The notes beneath the pieces are model-generated. The model did not search any database, was not told the origin of the DNA, and saw only the letters and a program-made list of their open reading frames with translations. Positions 39,360-50,016 of a stretch of 64,000 nt of DNA are shown in pieces. The stretch lies in contig DATESB010000132.1 in the NCBI GenBank assembly GCA_035271065.1, positions 6,552 to 70,551 on the forward strand. Direction: 5' to 3'. The position numbers and the translations under genes are program-made. Each line of letters opens with the position of its first letter. Position 1 is the first letter of the stretch. Source of the DNA: Lachnospiraceae bacterium. GTDB lineage: Bacteria; Bacillota; Clostridia; Lachnospirales; Lachnospiraceae.

Positions 39360-39710
39360 TTACTCTTTAATAGCTGCACTCACTTCCATATAACGTGCTG
39401 TAACTAGCGTCATCATTGCCTCATAATCTGCATCTTCTTTATGACGAAGTGCCTCTACCAACGGAATTAACGCATCATAGACACTCTTAATTGCCAGATT
39501 GCCGGTTACACCCTTCAGTGTATGTCCCGCAGAAAAAGCCTCTTCATAATCTTTCTTTTCTAATGCTTCTTTGAGTTTTTCATAATTTGGATCCTCAAGA
39601 AATTTCCCCAAAAAGCGCTCAAACATCTCTTCATTTCCGGAAAAGCGGTAAATCGCTTCATCACAAGCAATTCCTACCTTCTCTAACAATACTTTCTTCT
39701 CTTGTGTCAT
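39360..39710 (-). CDS. Stand-alone Hpt (histidine phosphotransfer) protein
   Basis: Canonical AGHTLKGVTGNLA motif in a 116-aa four-helix-bundle-sized protein. Its start overlaps the upstream stop (ATGA). Confidence 0.85.
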   Translation of the reverse strand: MTQEKKVLLEKVGIACDEAIYRFSGNEEMFERFLGKFLEDPNYEKLKEALEKKDYEEAFSAGHTLKGVTGNLAIKSVYDALIPLVEALRHKEDADYEAMMTLVTARYMEVSAAIKE

Positions 39711-41578
39711 GCCTTATTACTCCTTTTCTTTAGGTATTCTTCTATATGACATAATAACTGATTCATATCTCTTAAAAATTGCTCAATGTTAGCAGCCACA
39801 TATTCATGGTTTGCTGCTTTGCAGGCTTGTTCCATACCACCTGCCATATCTGAAAGGTCTATTGCACCGATGCTGTTACAAGCATTGCGAACAGCATGCA
39901 TATAAATCTCAACCTTTCGCATCTCAGAATTCTGATATACCTGATTTAAATCTTTCAAAGTCTCTTCCATGTCTGTCAGGAACGTTGAAAGCATTTTCTG
40001 ATAAAGTGTCATATTCTCACCGATATAATCCGCAACCTTTGTACTGCTGATCTCCTCTATATCGAATAGTGAACCACGTTCGGGTTTCTTGTCCTTTAAC
40101 TCAGCAGTTCTGGTCCAAAGCCACCTCGTAAGCACATCTGAAAGTTGTTTGCCGGAAATCGGTTTGTATATATAATCGCTGAACCGAGCATGCAGAAAAT
40201 CATCCAGTGAATCTTCTATCTTGTTAGACGTACAAAGAACAATCGGCACCTTCCTATAATACTCACCATCCAATTCACGAATTCTTCTCGTTGTCTCAAT
40301 GCCGTCCATATCTGTCATCACATGATTTACAAATATCATATCATATGCATTCGCCTGTACCAGATTCAATGCTTCAGCTCCACTTGCAGTTTTGGTACAA
40401 TGCATCTGATATGGTTTCATAGCGCTTTCTAAAAGTGCAATTCCTGACAAACTGTCATCCACAAGCAGAATCTTTGCGCCCAATGCTACAAGCACATCCT
40501 CCGAGTCTGCATCAACAGTTACATCGGTCACAGCTTCAACTGCTTCACCCAATAACGGCTGTTTGTATTCCAAACGATATATGGTCACAATACTCGTAAA
40601 TACTTCTCCATATGTATCAAAAACATTTTGTATTGACAGATTACATCTTTTCCCCGACAATTTGTATATTGCCGGTATGATAAACGCTCCTTGGTGCGCC
40701 CGATGCAATTCTTCTTCATCCGCATCTCTCATTTCAAAGTAATCGGTCAATTCCTTTCCGATTGGCAACTCTTTTTCCTCAATCATGATAATTTCAGCAC
40801 ATTTATTAATGAAAACTACTTTCCCTTCATCGTCACAAATGGCTGCCGGATCTGTTTTTGTTGCCTGTAGGAATTCTCTGTAATCCTCAATTCTTATCTT
40901 CAACGCATCATGCTTTAGATATGCCTTGCCAAGAAGTAGAATCATAGCAAAATAAGAAAAAGTATGACATGGAAATACCGGCATATCACTTATCATCATA
41001 AATAATTCCACAACTCCACTAAGTAATACCAATATTGCAGAAGCTGCCAAATATTTCAGCAATGCACGTGTTCTCTTCCTATTACATGTCTTGGAATAGA
41101 CAAATAACATACAAATAACAGACGCAATAAAAATCACACAAATAATCTCATATACAATTTGCGTAAAAATACTGCTAATCTTCATACAATATCCCCACGC
41201 AGTGTCTAACACAAAGATATTACCCGTAAAAATATCTACCAGATAAAGGATGACTCCTGCGTATAAAATAATAGAGCCGCATAAGGAAGAACCCTTCTCA
41301 GAAACACCTGTATATTCAGCATATACATGAATTGCCGCTGCCATAAAAAGCATCATGGAAAACCACGTAATCGCCCAAACAATTTCAAGTGCTACTGAAT
41401 TTGTAATCAAACTCATACATGCATAACTGATATTATTAATTGCTCCCGAAATACACAAGTACACAAAATACAGCGCATTGGATTTGTCCGACTTCTCATA
41501 CGAATAGACTTCTACTCCCTGCGATATCATCATAACGCTTGTACATGTCAGTATTCCTGCGAAAATCATCGGAATCAT
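39707..41578 (-). CDS. Membrane sensor: 6-7 TM, PAS-like region, receiver-like domain and C-terminal Hpt; no kinase domain
   Basis: KILLVDD...YDMIFVNHVMTDMDG...VPIVLCTS...YIYKP is a receiver fold. Hpt-like YMHAVRNACNSIGA at the C-terminus. No H-box or N/G1/G2 boxes seen by eye. Confidence 0.75.
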   Translation of the reverse strand: MIPMIFAGILTCTSVMMISQGVEVYSYEKSDKSNALYFVYLCISGAINNISYACMSLITNSVALEIVWAITWFSMMLFMAAAIHVYAEYTGVSEKGSSLCGSIILYAGVILYLVDIFTGNIFVLDTAWGYCMKISSIFTQIVYEIICVIFIASVICMLFVYSKTCNRKRTRALLKYLAASAILVLLSGVVELFMMISDMPVFPCHTFSYFAMILLLGKAYLKHDALKIRIEDYREFLQATKTDPAAICDDEGKVVFINKCAEIIMIEEKELPIGKELTDYFEMRDADEEELHRAHQGAFIIPAIYKLSGKRCNLSIQNVFDTYGEVFTSIVTIYRLEYKQPLLGEAVEAVTDVTVDADSEDVLVALGAKILLVDDSLSGIALLESAMKPYQMHCTKTASGAEALNLVQANAYDMIFVNHVMTDMDGIETTRRIRELDGEYYRKVPIVLCTSNKIEDSLDDFLHARFSDYIYKPISGKQLSDVLTRWLWTRTAELKDKKPERGSLFDIEEISSTKVADYIGENMTLYQKMLSTFLTDMEETLKDLNQVYQNSEMRKVEIYMHAVRNACNSIGAIDLSDMAGGMEQACKAANHEYVAANIEQFLRDMNQLLCHIEEYLKKRSNKA

Positions 41579-41648
41579 AGGTGTCTCCTCACAAATGGGA
41601 TAATACGGTAATTATACACTATTCTACTCTATTCAACAATCCATAAAT

Positions 41649-42563
41649 CTATATTTCGTTCAGGTCATAAGGTGTGGTCTGGTATACAAAATAATTCAAC
41701 CAATTGGTATATAGGTTATTGGCATGTGCTCGCCACTGTAAATCCGGGCGAATGCTTGCATCATCATTTGTAAAGTAATTTTTCGGCTTGCTGATTGGTA
41801 ATCCTTTCTCCACATCCCTTAAGTACTCCTGTTCAAGCGTTCTTCTGCCATATTCGGGATGTCCCATAACAAATATCTGTTGACCTTCATTGGCGAGTGC
41901 CAAAAAGACTCCTGCCTCCTCAGACTCAGCAAGTACCGTCAACTCCTTACAGTTGTGAATCGCCTCTGCAGATACGGTTGTATGTCTGCTGTGTGGTGCC
42001 ATAAAGACATCATCAAACCCACGCACCAACGGATTTTTCCTGTTGGATACTCTGTGAGGGTAAATGCCAAACAACTTTTCAGGTAACAACTCTTTCTGAA
42101 GCCCAAAATGATAATACAATCCTGCCTGCGCTGCCCAGCATATATGAAGCGTTGACGTTACATTCTTCTTTGACCATGCCATGATTTCGCACAGTTCATC
42201 CCAGTAGTCCACTTCTGTATATTCCATCTGCTCAACAGGTGCACCTGTAATAATCAATCCATCAAATTTCCTTGCTTTGATTTCATCAAATGTTGTATAG
42301 AATTTATTCAAATGACTTGCGGATGTATTTAAGGATATATGCGATGATACATTCATAAAAGTAACATCCACCTGTAGCGGTGTATTCGATAATGCACGTA
42401 ATAATTGCAGTTCTGTCTCCTGCTTAATAGGCATTAAATTAAGGATTGCAATCTGTAACGGACGAATATCCTGATGCATGGAACGACTTTCGTCCATAAC
42501 AAATATATTCTCGTCTTCCAGTATTCCCTTTGCTGGTAAATCGCTTTGAATTTTAATTGGCAT
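41649..42563 (-). CDS. metA: Homoserine O-acyltransferase (MetA family)
   Basis: MPIKI..., [12 protein letters not shown] and the catalytic-Cys region HICWAAQ are MetA hallmarks. Confidence 0.93.
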   Translation of the reverse strand: MPIKIQSDLPAKGILEDENIFVMDESRSMHQDIRPLQIAILNLMPIKQETELQLLRALSNTPLQVDVTFMNVSSHISLNTSASHLNKFYTTFDEIKARKFDGLIITGAPVEQMEYTEVDYWDELCEIMAWSKKNVTSTLHICWAAQAGLYYHFGLQKELLPEKLFGIYPHRVSNRKNPLVRGFDDVFMAPHSRHTTVSAEAIHNCKELTVLAESEEAGVFLALANEGQQIFVMGHPEYGRRTLEQEYLRDVEKGLPISKPKNYFTNDDASIRPDLQWRAHANNLYTNWLNYFVYQTTPYDLNEI

Positions 42564-42565
42564 TA

Positions 42566-44542
42566 CTATTCTCCCATCATTTCTATGATTTCTTCTTCCG
42601 ATATAATCGGTACACCAAGTTCCTTGGCTTTTTTGTTCTTTGAGGAATTGGATGTCACATCGTTATTAATCAAATAACTGGTCTTTGCAGTCACGCTGCC
42701 GGTTGCCTTGCCGCCTTTTCTCTCAATGGCTTCTTTCAATTCGTCTCGATTGGCAAAACGATTCACACTGCCGGTGATGACAAAGGTTAAACCATTTAGG
42801 CTCTGTGTGCCTTCTTCAACTTGTGGTTGCTCCAAATTCAATTCTGAAAGCAATCTCTCCAGTGCTTCTCGATTGTCCGCCTTTTCAAAATATTGAGTAA
42901 ACGTACCGGCTATCACCTCTCCGACTCCGTCAATGCTACTCAGTTCTTCCATGGTTGCATGCTCTATGCGTTCCATATCATACGAGAACTCTCTGGCTAT
43001 CATTTTAGCATTTGCCAACCCAACATTCAAGATACCCAGTCCGTAAATCACTCTGGGAATTGTTGTATTGCGCGCCTGTTCAATGCTGCTCATCAGATTT
43101 TCATAGGATTTCTCTCCGAAACCTTCCATTTGTGTAATCTGTTCTTTATATTGTGTTAGTTTGAAAATATCAGCAAATTCATGGATAAAACCTTCCGCGA
43201 TAAACTTCTCTAACGTCTGCTCGGAAAGTCCTTCAATATTCAAAGCATTTCTGCTGACAAACAGAGAAAATGCCTTGATTTTCTTTGCCGGGCAGTCTTC
43301 GTTTGTACAGTATAACGTCTGCACGTCATTCACATGATGTATCTTCGTCTTTCCGCTACACACCGGACATGTATCCGGAATATCCAAATGGCTGCTTTGC
43401 GTCAGATTTTCTGCAATTTGCGGGATAATCATATTGGCCTTATATACAGTAATGGTGTCTCCGATACCAAGTTTCAAGGCCTGCATAATACTGATATTAT
43501 GAACAGATGCACGGCTGACCGTTGTTCCCTCCAGTTCCACCGGATCAAATATTGCAACCGGATTGATTAATCCCGTTCGGCTGGGTGACCATTCTATCTC
43601 CCGTAGTGTTGTCTCACGTAGTTCATCTGCCCACTTAAAGGCAATCGAGTCACGCGGAAACTTGGAAGTTGCTCCAAGTGACTGTCCATATGCAATGTCA
43701 TCATAAACCAATACCAATCCGTCTGACGGAACTTCATTTTTCACTATCGTATCTGCAAAATACTGAATGTCATCTAAAATCGTTTCCTCTGTAACCATTC
43801 TGTGTTCTACAACATCAAAGCCCTGTGATTTCAGAAAATCCAGTTGCTCACTTCTGGCATTATGAAAATCAACTTCGTCTGCCTTCACCAATGTAAACGC
43901 ATAAAAACGTACATTCCTTCTTGCCGTAATCTCATTGTTCAACTGACGCACCGACCCACTGCATAGATTACGTGGATTTTTATATTTTGCATCCACATCT
44001 TCTATTTCATCATTGATTTTCTCAAAATCTGCATACGTAATGACTGCTTCACCACGCAGAATTAATTCTCCTTTATACGGAATGCTGAGCGGAACATTCT
44101 TAAATACCTTTGCATTGTTTGTAATGACCTCTCCAACCTCGCCGTTGCCCCTTGTTACTGCTTTTTGAAGGGTGCCGTTTAGATAAGTCAGAACAATCGT
44201 CAATCCATCTAATTTCCAAGAAAGAATTGCTCTCTGTCCTTGTAGCCAATCTCGTAATGCTTCCCTGTCTTTTGTCTTATCTAGTGACAGCATCGGCTTT
44301 TCATGTAATTCCTTCGGCAGTTCATCAAGTGCCTCGTAACCGACTTTTACCGTTGGAGAATCCGCAAAAACCATGCCTGTCTTTTCTTCCAGCGCAACAA
44401 GTTCATCATAGAGTTTATCATAATCAAAATTGCTCATAATTTCAGCATCTTCTTGATAGTATGCCTTTGAAGCATTTTGCAGTATTTCGGTTAACTCTTT
44501 CATTCGTTTCATTTCAAGTTGATTCGTTATTTCTGCACTCAT
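42566..44542 (-). CDS. ligA: NAD-dependent DNA ligase
   Basis: Adenylation motif KLDG (SWKLDGLT), Zn-finger CPVCSG...C, HhH repeats and a C-terminal BRCT. Confidence 0.96.
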   Translation of the reverse strand: MSAEITNQLEMKRMKELTEILQNASKAYYQEDAEIMSNFDYDKLYDELVALEEKTGMVFADSPTVKVGYEALDELPKELHEKPMLSLDKTKDREALRDWLQGQRAILSWKLDGLTIVLTYLNGTLQKAVTRGNGEVGEVITNNAKVFKNVPLSIPYKGELILRGEAVITYADFEKINDEIEDVDAKYKNPRNLCSGSVRQLNNEITARRNVRFYAFTLVKADEVDFHNARSEQLDFLKSQGFDVVEHRMVTEETILDDIQYFADTIVKNEVPSDGLVLVYDDIAYGQSLGATSKFPRDSIAFKWADELRETTLREIEWSPSRTGLINPVAIFDPVELEGTTVSRASVHNISIMQALKLGIGDTITVYKANMIIPQIAENLTQSSHLDIPDTCPVCSGKTKIHHVNDVQTLYCTNEDCPAKKIKAFSLFVSRNALNIEGLSEQTLEKFIAEGFIHEFADIFKLTQYKEQITQMEGFGEKSYENLMSSIEQARNTTIPRVIYGLGILNVGLANAKMIAREFSYDMERIEHATMEELSSIDGVGEVIAGTFTQYFEKADNREALERLLSELNLEQPQVEEGTQSLNGLTFVITGSVNRFANRDELKEAIERKGGKATGSVTAKTSYLINNDVTSNSSKNKKAKELGVPIISEEEIIEMMGE

Positions 44543-44554
44543 ATACTAAACCTC

Positions 44555-45268
44555 TCACTGATAGACTTTCTGTTTCAATAACTCTAATTCCTTTGTGGTT
44601 AAATCACGATATGTTCCAACCTTTAAATTGCCGAGTTCCACGTTGACAATGCGTACTCTGGTGAGTTTCATGACACGATAGCCAAAATTCTCGCACATTC
44701 GTCTGATTTGCCTGTTCAGTCCCTGTGTCAGAATAATTCTGCAGGAAGTATCACTTAGTTTTTCAACCTTACACTTCTTCGTTGTTACTTCTAATTCTTC
44801 CAGATAAACTCCATTTTGCATTCCCAGCAGGAATTCTTCGTTAATCACCTTATCAAGTGACACAATGTATTCTTTTTCATGGTCATTTGCTGAACGCATC
44901 ATCTGGTTGAGCAGTTCACCGTCATTTGTCATAATGACCAGACCCTCAGACTCCTTATCAAGTCGCCCGCAATAAGTAATTCTGATTGGATAATGAATAT
45001 ATTCTATGATATTATTTTTTTCACGTTTCTCCGATGTACAAACAATCCCACGCGGTTTATTGAATGCAAGATACACTTTCTCCTCTTGCTTCCGAATAGG
45101 TTTTCCGTCAATCATAACAGTCTGCCCCGGTTCCACCTTGGTGCCCTGTTCTGCCCTGTGTCCGTCTATTGTAACTTTTCCTGCCTCTATCAATCGGTCC
45201 GCTTCTCTGCGTGAGCAGATACCAGCTTCCGCTATGAACTTATTCAGTCTAATCGCTTCATCATTCAT
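44555..45268 (-). CDS. RsuA/RluB/RluF family pseudouridine synthase
   Basis: N-terminal S4 domain (RLNKFIAEAGICSRREAD) and catalytic RLDKESEGL motif. Confidence 0.9.
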   Translation of the reverse strand: MNDEAIRLNKFIAEAGICSRREADRLIEAGKVTIDGHRAEQGTKVEPGQTVMIDGKPIRKQEEKVYLAFNKPRGIVCTSEKREKNNIIEYIHYPIRITYCGRLDKESEGLVIMTNDGELLNQMMRSANDHEKEYIVSLDKVINEEFLLGMQNGVYLEELEVTTKKCKVEKLSDTSCRIILTQGLNRQIRRMCENFGYRVMKLTRVRIVNVELGNLKVGTYRDLTTKELELLKQKVYQ

Positions 45269-45329
45269 TATAAATCCTCATTGTGTGTGCCATCATATTT
45301 GCTGTCATATTGGCATCCAAAATCTATTT

Positions 45330-46178
45330 TCATGCATTCAGGCTTAAAAATGCCGCAAGGTTTCCCCTGCGTCCGTGACTTGCACGATGTGAAAATAAAA
45401 ACTCCGGATTGCAGCAAGTACAAATATCCGAAACAGAAATGTGTTCTTCTTTCACGCCTGCATCCAACATAATCAATTGATTGGCTTTCCATAAATCCAA
45501 TTGATACTTTTCGTTTTCTTTTGGATACAGGATCTGCTTGATCTCATCATTTGAAAATTCTTGTTCAAATTCTTCCGCCACATCGCGGCTTACTTCATAG
45601 CAATCCACACAGATACTCGGTCCGATTGCTGCAATAATATCTGCAGGTTTTGTACCATATTCGCGCTGCATCGTTTCTATGGTTTTTGCACCGATACGCC
45701 CTACTGTTCCACGCCAGCCGGAATGTGTCAATCCGATTGCCTTATGAACCGGATCCACAAAATAAAGCGGTACACAATCCGCATAAAATGTGACCAAGAC
45801 CAGCCCCGGCACATTGGTCACCAATCCGTCTGTATCAAAGAAGTTCTTTTTCCTTGTGATACCATTTCCACGGTCTGCCTGTGTCACAATCCGCACATTG
45901 GTTGTATGTGTCTGGTCAGAAAACACCATATCTTCACATGATACCCCAAGTGCATCCGCAATGCGATGAAAGTTTGTAAGCACATCAGCTTCCTCGTCAC
46001 CACGCGACAGCCCCAAATTCATCGACTCATAAATACCTTTACTCACACCACCAAGTCTTGTTGAAAACCCATGTTTTATTCCGGCGCAAGCCGTCAACAT
46101 CGGAAAAGTCAGATAAGTAACACCATTCTTCTCATTTATGGTCAAAACATCCTGATTGCCGGTTCTGTTTATCTTCAT
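45330..46178 (-). CDS. pgeF: YfiH/PgeF family protein (peptidoglycan editing factor / laccase-domain protein)
   Basis: HSGWRG motif (THSGWRGT) and C..C..H metal ligands near the C-terminus. Confidence 0.85.
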   Translation of the reverse strand: MKINRTGNQDVLTINEKNGVTYLTFPMLTACAGIKHGFSTRLGGVSKGIYESMNLGLSRGDEEADVLTNFHRIADALGVSCEDMVFSDQTHTTNVRIVTQADRGNGITRKKNFFDTDGLVTNVPGLVLVTFYADCVPLYFVDPVHKAIGLTHSGWRGTVGRIGAKTIETMQREYGTKPADIIAAIGPSICVDCYEVSRDVAEEFEQEFSNDEIKQILYPKENEKYQLDLWKANQLIMLDAGVKEEHISVSDICTCCNPEFLFSHRASHGRRGNLAAFLSLNA

Positions 46179-46193
46179 ATCAAGTATAATCTC

Positions 46194-46556
46194 CTACTTC
46201 CCAATATATAAAAATGCATTCTCATACCATTCTATTTCTTCACCACAGATTGCAATCACATCAAATCGACATGCCCTATTATCACCAATATGATGACATA
46301 CCCGATAATAATCCGCAATCTTGCATATGGTTCTCTGCTTCTTTAGATTAACTGCACAAGCAGGTTCACCAAATCGATTATCCTTTCGGTACTTCACCTC
46401 AACAAAAAGGTACGTATTCCTGTCAAATCCGATGATATCAATCTCGCCGAAACGATTCCGAAAGTTGCGTTCCAAAATCCTGATACCCTTATTTTCCAGA
46501 TATCGTGCCGCCTTGTCCTCGTACTGCGCCCCAAGTTCTCTTTTATTGATTTCCAC
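46194..46556 (-). CDS. YraN family endonuclease (UPF0102)
   Basis: GEIDIIG...FVEVKYR motif in a 120-aa protein. Confidence 0.88.
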   Translation of the reverse strand: MEINKRELGAQYEDKAARYLENKGIRILERNFRNRFGEIDIIGFDRNTYLFVEVKYRKDNRFGEPACAVNLKKQRTICKIADYYRVCHHIGDNRACRFDVIAICGEEIEWYENAFLYIGK

Positions 46557-46585
46557 CGGTTCACCCCTGTTTCGTTACCAGAACC

Positions 46586-46879
46586 CTACTGTTTCAGTTT
46601 GCTTCTAATCTTCTCCATATCATCCACAAAAACGAGGATTTCCGCTACAACCTCATACAATTCCGGCGGTATCATATCACCGATTTCAAGTTTTGATAAG
46701 GTATTGGCAAGTTTGCTGTCCTGATGAATGGGTACATTTGCTTCCTGCGCCTTCTCAATGATGCGCTCCGCAATGTGTCCAACACCTGTTGCAATGACAT
46801 GAGGTGCTTCATCGCCCGGATCATATTGTAAGGCAATCGCCTGTTTGCGTTTTTCACGTTCGTTCTTTTCTTCCGGCAT
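46586..46879 (-). CDS. FlhB C-terminal-domain-like protein (YlqH-like, EscU/YscU family)
   Basis: 97 aa. ALQYDPGDEAPHVIATG...ELYEVVAEIL matches the FlhB_C paralog found next to rnhB in Firmicutes. Confidence 0.8.
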   Translation of the reverse strand: MPEEKNEREKRKQAIALQYDPGDEAPHVIATGVGHIAERIIEKAQEANVPIHQDSKLANTLSKLEIGDMIPPELYEVVAEILVFVDDMEKIRSKLKQ

Positions 46880-46901
46880 TTCTATTCTCCCACATACGCT
46901 T

Positions 46902-48623
46902 CTATGCTCTCACATCAAATGAATACTTCGCCACACCTGCTGCTCCCGGCGGTATTGCTGCCCCATTACCATGCAAAAATTCCTCTACAACATTGGTTTC
47001 CTCTGTTTCTTTCACGGATACACTAGTCTTCATTTGATAACCCTTCTTGGTCAACCGTTCATTCAACAAATGAATATTGGCTTCTATAAAATCAAGCATT
47101 TCTTCTTTTTGCAAATAGAAATGAGTGCTGACCTTATTTTGCTGCATTGCAACATGAATATCCATCGTCCCAAGCGTTTCCATCTCTAAATGGAGCAAGG
47201 CGCTGACATTGCCGTCCTTTGCTGCCAGATTCTTCTTATTCGTGTACACATACAAATCACCATGTGCATTTTCCTGACTCATCTTCAGCGGCAGCTGCAC
47301 ATATGACAACATCTGATTGAGTTGGTTCATGAAATTAACATTGTCCTGCATATTTCCGGCACTCTTTACCAGTGTAGCATCCGGCTTTGCAGTATTTTGC
47401 AATGCCTGCAGTATCTTCTGGGACTGCTCGGAGATGCGGCGGTATAGTTCCTCTACTCTGCCCTCTTTTGCAACATCCTCCGGTTTTAACAGCCATTGTT
47501 GCGTCAAATCACTCTTTAATAAATTCTGATATGCATCACTTTGCAGTAACGTCTTAAGATGTTCATTGTGATGTGCTTCCGGCTGTGCAAGTGCTTCTTT
47601 TAAGAAATCATAAACCTGCTGTGTTGTCATCTGCCCATTCAGCAGTTGTGCTTTTCCCTCTTGTGACAACCCAAGGTTCTCTAAATGTTCTGCAAGTGAC
47701 TGTCTCTGCTCCGGTGTTAATTCTTGTAAAGCAGTATCAGAAATCCCCGCCTGTGCTGTTGTCTGTGCTCCGGTTACCACCTGATCCGTCACCTGCGCTC
47801 CGGTTGCTGCCTGCTCTGCCAGACTTCCCGCTAATGCATCAACTGCCTGACCACCTGCTGTTACATCTGCCTGACTGCTTGCTGCTTCCGTCAATTGTTC
47901 TCTTCCTGCTGTCAGTATATCAAGTAATTGACGATTCAAATCATAAGATTCTACTGTATTTCCCTGTGCCGTCAATTCACCGATCAACTTCGGTATACCA
48001 TCAGTTAGGTTATTCACATCTTTCAAAATCTGATGTTCCAGATTCTGATATTTTTCAAACTGTGCAACATTACTCTCTGTAATCGGAAGTTGCAGTTTAG
48101 TCATTTGCACCAAAGTTTTTGTATCAACATTCTGAAATGAATTCACCTGGCGAAACATCTCCTGTAAAGCATGCTTATTTACCGGCATTCCTTCTTCCAT
48201 CATGGCAGAAGTCATACCGATTGTCTTTTCATTCACAGGAAGTCCTGCAGCATCCAACGCCTTCAAAACTGCCGGATCTGCTGAAGTCAGATTGGTATAC
48301 AACGGTCTGAGAAACATTTGATTATTCTTATTGGATTGCACCTCAAAGTAAACGCTCTGCCCCAGCGTCAAGGAGATATCGCCTTCCATTCTGGCTGAAA
48401 TCGTCTGATGATTGCCAAGTAAAATCAGAATATCTTTCCCGTTAATTTCCGCAACTTCACCTGAAAAAACCTGTCCAGCATTATAATTCCCGGAATTCAG
48501 ATTGGCACTGTGATTTCCCTGCACATGAACAGAACCTGCTGCATTTGCCGCAGATGTTGCTGCTGTATTCTGTGCTGCCGCTGTATTCGATTGTGTGCTT
48601 CCCGATAAATTCAGATTCATCAC
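46902..48623 (-). CDS. FliK-like (hook-length-control C-terminal domain) protein, YlqG-position homolog
   Basis: 573 aa. Low-complexity Q/A/T-rich centre and a C-terminal region (LHLEMETLGTMDIHVAMQQNKVSTHF) resembling the Flg_hook domain. Conserved position upstream of the FlhB_C-like gene. Confidence 0.6.
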   Translation of the reverse strand: MMNLNLSGSTQSNTAAAQNTAATSAANAAGSVHVQGNHSANLNSGNYNAGQVFSGEVAEINGKDILILLGNHQTISARMEGDISLTLGQSVYFEVQSNKNNQMFLRPLYTNLTSADPAVLKALDAAGLPVNEKTIGMTSAMMEEGMPVNKHALQEMFRQVNSFQNVDTKTLVQMTKLQLPITESNVAQFEKYQNLEHQILKDVNNLTDGIPKLIGELTAQGNTVESYDLNRQLLDILTAGREQLTEAASSQADVTAGGQAVDALAGSLAEQAATGAQVTDQVVTGAQTTAQAGISDTALQELTPEQRQSLAEHLENLGLSQEGKAQLLNGQMTTQQVYDFLKEALAQPEAHHNEHLKTLLQSDAYQNLLKSDLTQQWLLKPEDVAKEGRVEELYRRISEQSQKILQALQNTAKPDATLVKSAGNMQDNVNFMNQLNQMLSYVQLPLKMSQENAHGDLYVYTNKKNLAAKDGNVSALLHLEMETLGTMDIHVAMQQNKVSTHFYLQKEEMLDFIEANIHLLNERLTKKGYQMKTSVSVKETEETNVVEEFLHGNGAAIPPGAAGVAKYSFDVRA

Positions 48624-48663
48624 ATTCTCCGTTTGCTATCCATTACTATCCATTAAATTCTGT

Positions 48664-49428
48664 TCAACAAAAGTGAGTAATAAAACTCTTTCTGTGAATT
48701 GGCGAAGGACCGATTTGCTTCAACGCTTCTATATGTGTCACTGCTCCGTAGCCCTTATTCCCTGCAAATCCATATGCCGGATATTCCTTATCATATTCCA
48801 CCATTAATCTGTCTCGCGTCACCTTAGCAATGATGCTTGCAGCTGCAATAGACACGCTCTTTGCATCGCCCTTAATAATCGGTATTTGCTTAATAGAAAC
48901 AAGTGGAATGGTCACTGCATCATTTAATAATATATCGGGTTGCACAGATAAATTCTGAATGGCCTGCCTCATTGCTTCGTAAGTTGCCTGTAGGATATTA
49001 ATCTCATCAATCCGTGCAGGAGAAACAAGTCCTAAACCTGTTGCAACTGCCTTCTCCATGATAACATCATATAATTCCTCGCGCTTCTTCTCTGACAACT
49101 GTTTGGAATCATTCAGATATAGAATATCACAGTCCTTTGGTAAGATAACCGCCCCTGCTACCACAGGGCCTGCCAAAGGGCCTCTTCCGACTTCATCAAT
49201 TCCACAGATAAACTCATATCCCTCAGCATCGTATTGGCGTTCGAACTCTTGTAACGCATAGGTACGCTCTCGTTCAGCCTGAAGCATATCCAGTTGTTTT
49301 TGCGCCTTTTTAATGAGTGCTGTCACACCACTTCGCTCATCACTTGCATATGTTGCTATTAATTCAGGCAGCATTGAAACATTTGCTGCCTGAAATTCAT
49401 TCCTTATTTCACCTATCTTCTTTTCCAT
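48664..49428 (-). CDS. rnhB: Ribonuclease HII
   Basis: GIDEVGRGPLAGPVV catalytic motif. Confidence 0.95.
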   Translation of the reverse strand: MEKKIGEIRNEFQAANVSMLPELIATYASDERSGVTALIKKAQKQLDMLQAERERTYALQEFERQYDAEGYEFICGIDEVGRGPLAGPVVAGAVILPKDCDILYLNDSKQLSEKKREELYDVIMEKAVATGLGLVSPARIDEINILQATYEAMRQAIQNLSVQPDILLNDAVTIPLVSIKQIPIIKGDAKSVSIAAASIIAKVTRDRLMVEYDKEYPAYGFAGNKGYGAVTHIEALKQIGPSPIHRKSFITHFC

Positions 49429-49437
49429 GTGTAACTC

Positions 49438-50010
49438 CTATTTTGATGTGAGCAGGCCAAAACTTTTAAGCGGCCAGATACGCAGCCATGCCTTACCCCC
49501 AATATCCTCTCGTTTAATATTGCCGACCTCTTCCATACGGCTGTCCAGACTATCATTTCGATTGTCGCCCATAACAAAATATTCATCAGTTCCCAACTGC
49601 ACCGGTATATCAGCACGACCGCCCGATTGAATCACTTCCAAGCCATAGGACTCCGCAAGTTCTTCATCATTTATAAATATCTTGCCTTCTTTAATCTGTA
49701 CCTTCTCACCCGGTAATCCGATAATACGCTTAATCAAATATTCATTCGGATCTGCTTCATACGGAAATGAAACAATATCAAACCGTTCAGGCTCATGAAA
49801 ACGATAGGATATCGTATCCATCATGATATTATCACCGTCATAGAGTGTTGCTTCCATCGATGAAGTATGAACACGTGAACGATGCGTCACATAGGTTACG
49901 ATAAAAAAAGTCACTCCTAATACAATGAGTACAAACAAACCAAAACTCAAGACCTTCTTAAGAATTTTAATCCAAACCGATTCCTTACGTCTGCGTCTTC
50001 CGGTAGCCAT
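49438..50010 (-). CDS. lepB: Signal peptidase I
   Basis: TM anchor, SSMEATL (catalytic Ser box), KRIIGLPGE and GDNRNDSLDSR boxes. Confidence 0.92.
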   Translation of the reverse strand: MATGRRRRKESVWIKILKKVLSFGLFVLIVLGVTFFIVTYVTHRSRVHTSSMEATLYDGDNIMMDTISYRFHEPERFDIVSFPYEADPNEYLIKRIIGLPGEKVQIKEGKIFINDEELAESYGLEVIQSGGRADIPVQLGTDEYFVMGDNRNDSLDSRMEEVGNIKREDIGGKAWLRIWPLKSFGLLTSK

Positions 50011-50016
50011 TTTACA

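Noticed and set aside
42564-42565. Expected SAM/Met riboswitch or T-box in front of metA
   Set aside because: metA starts 2 nt after the ligA stop, so there is no leader at all.
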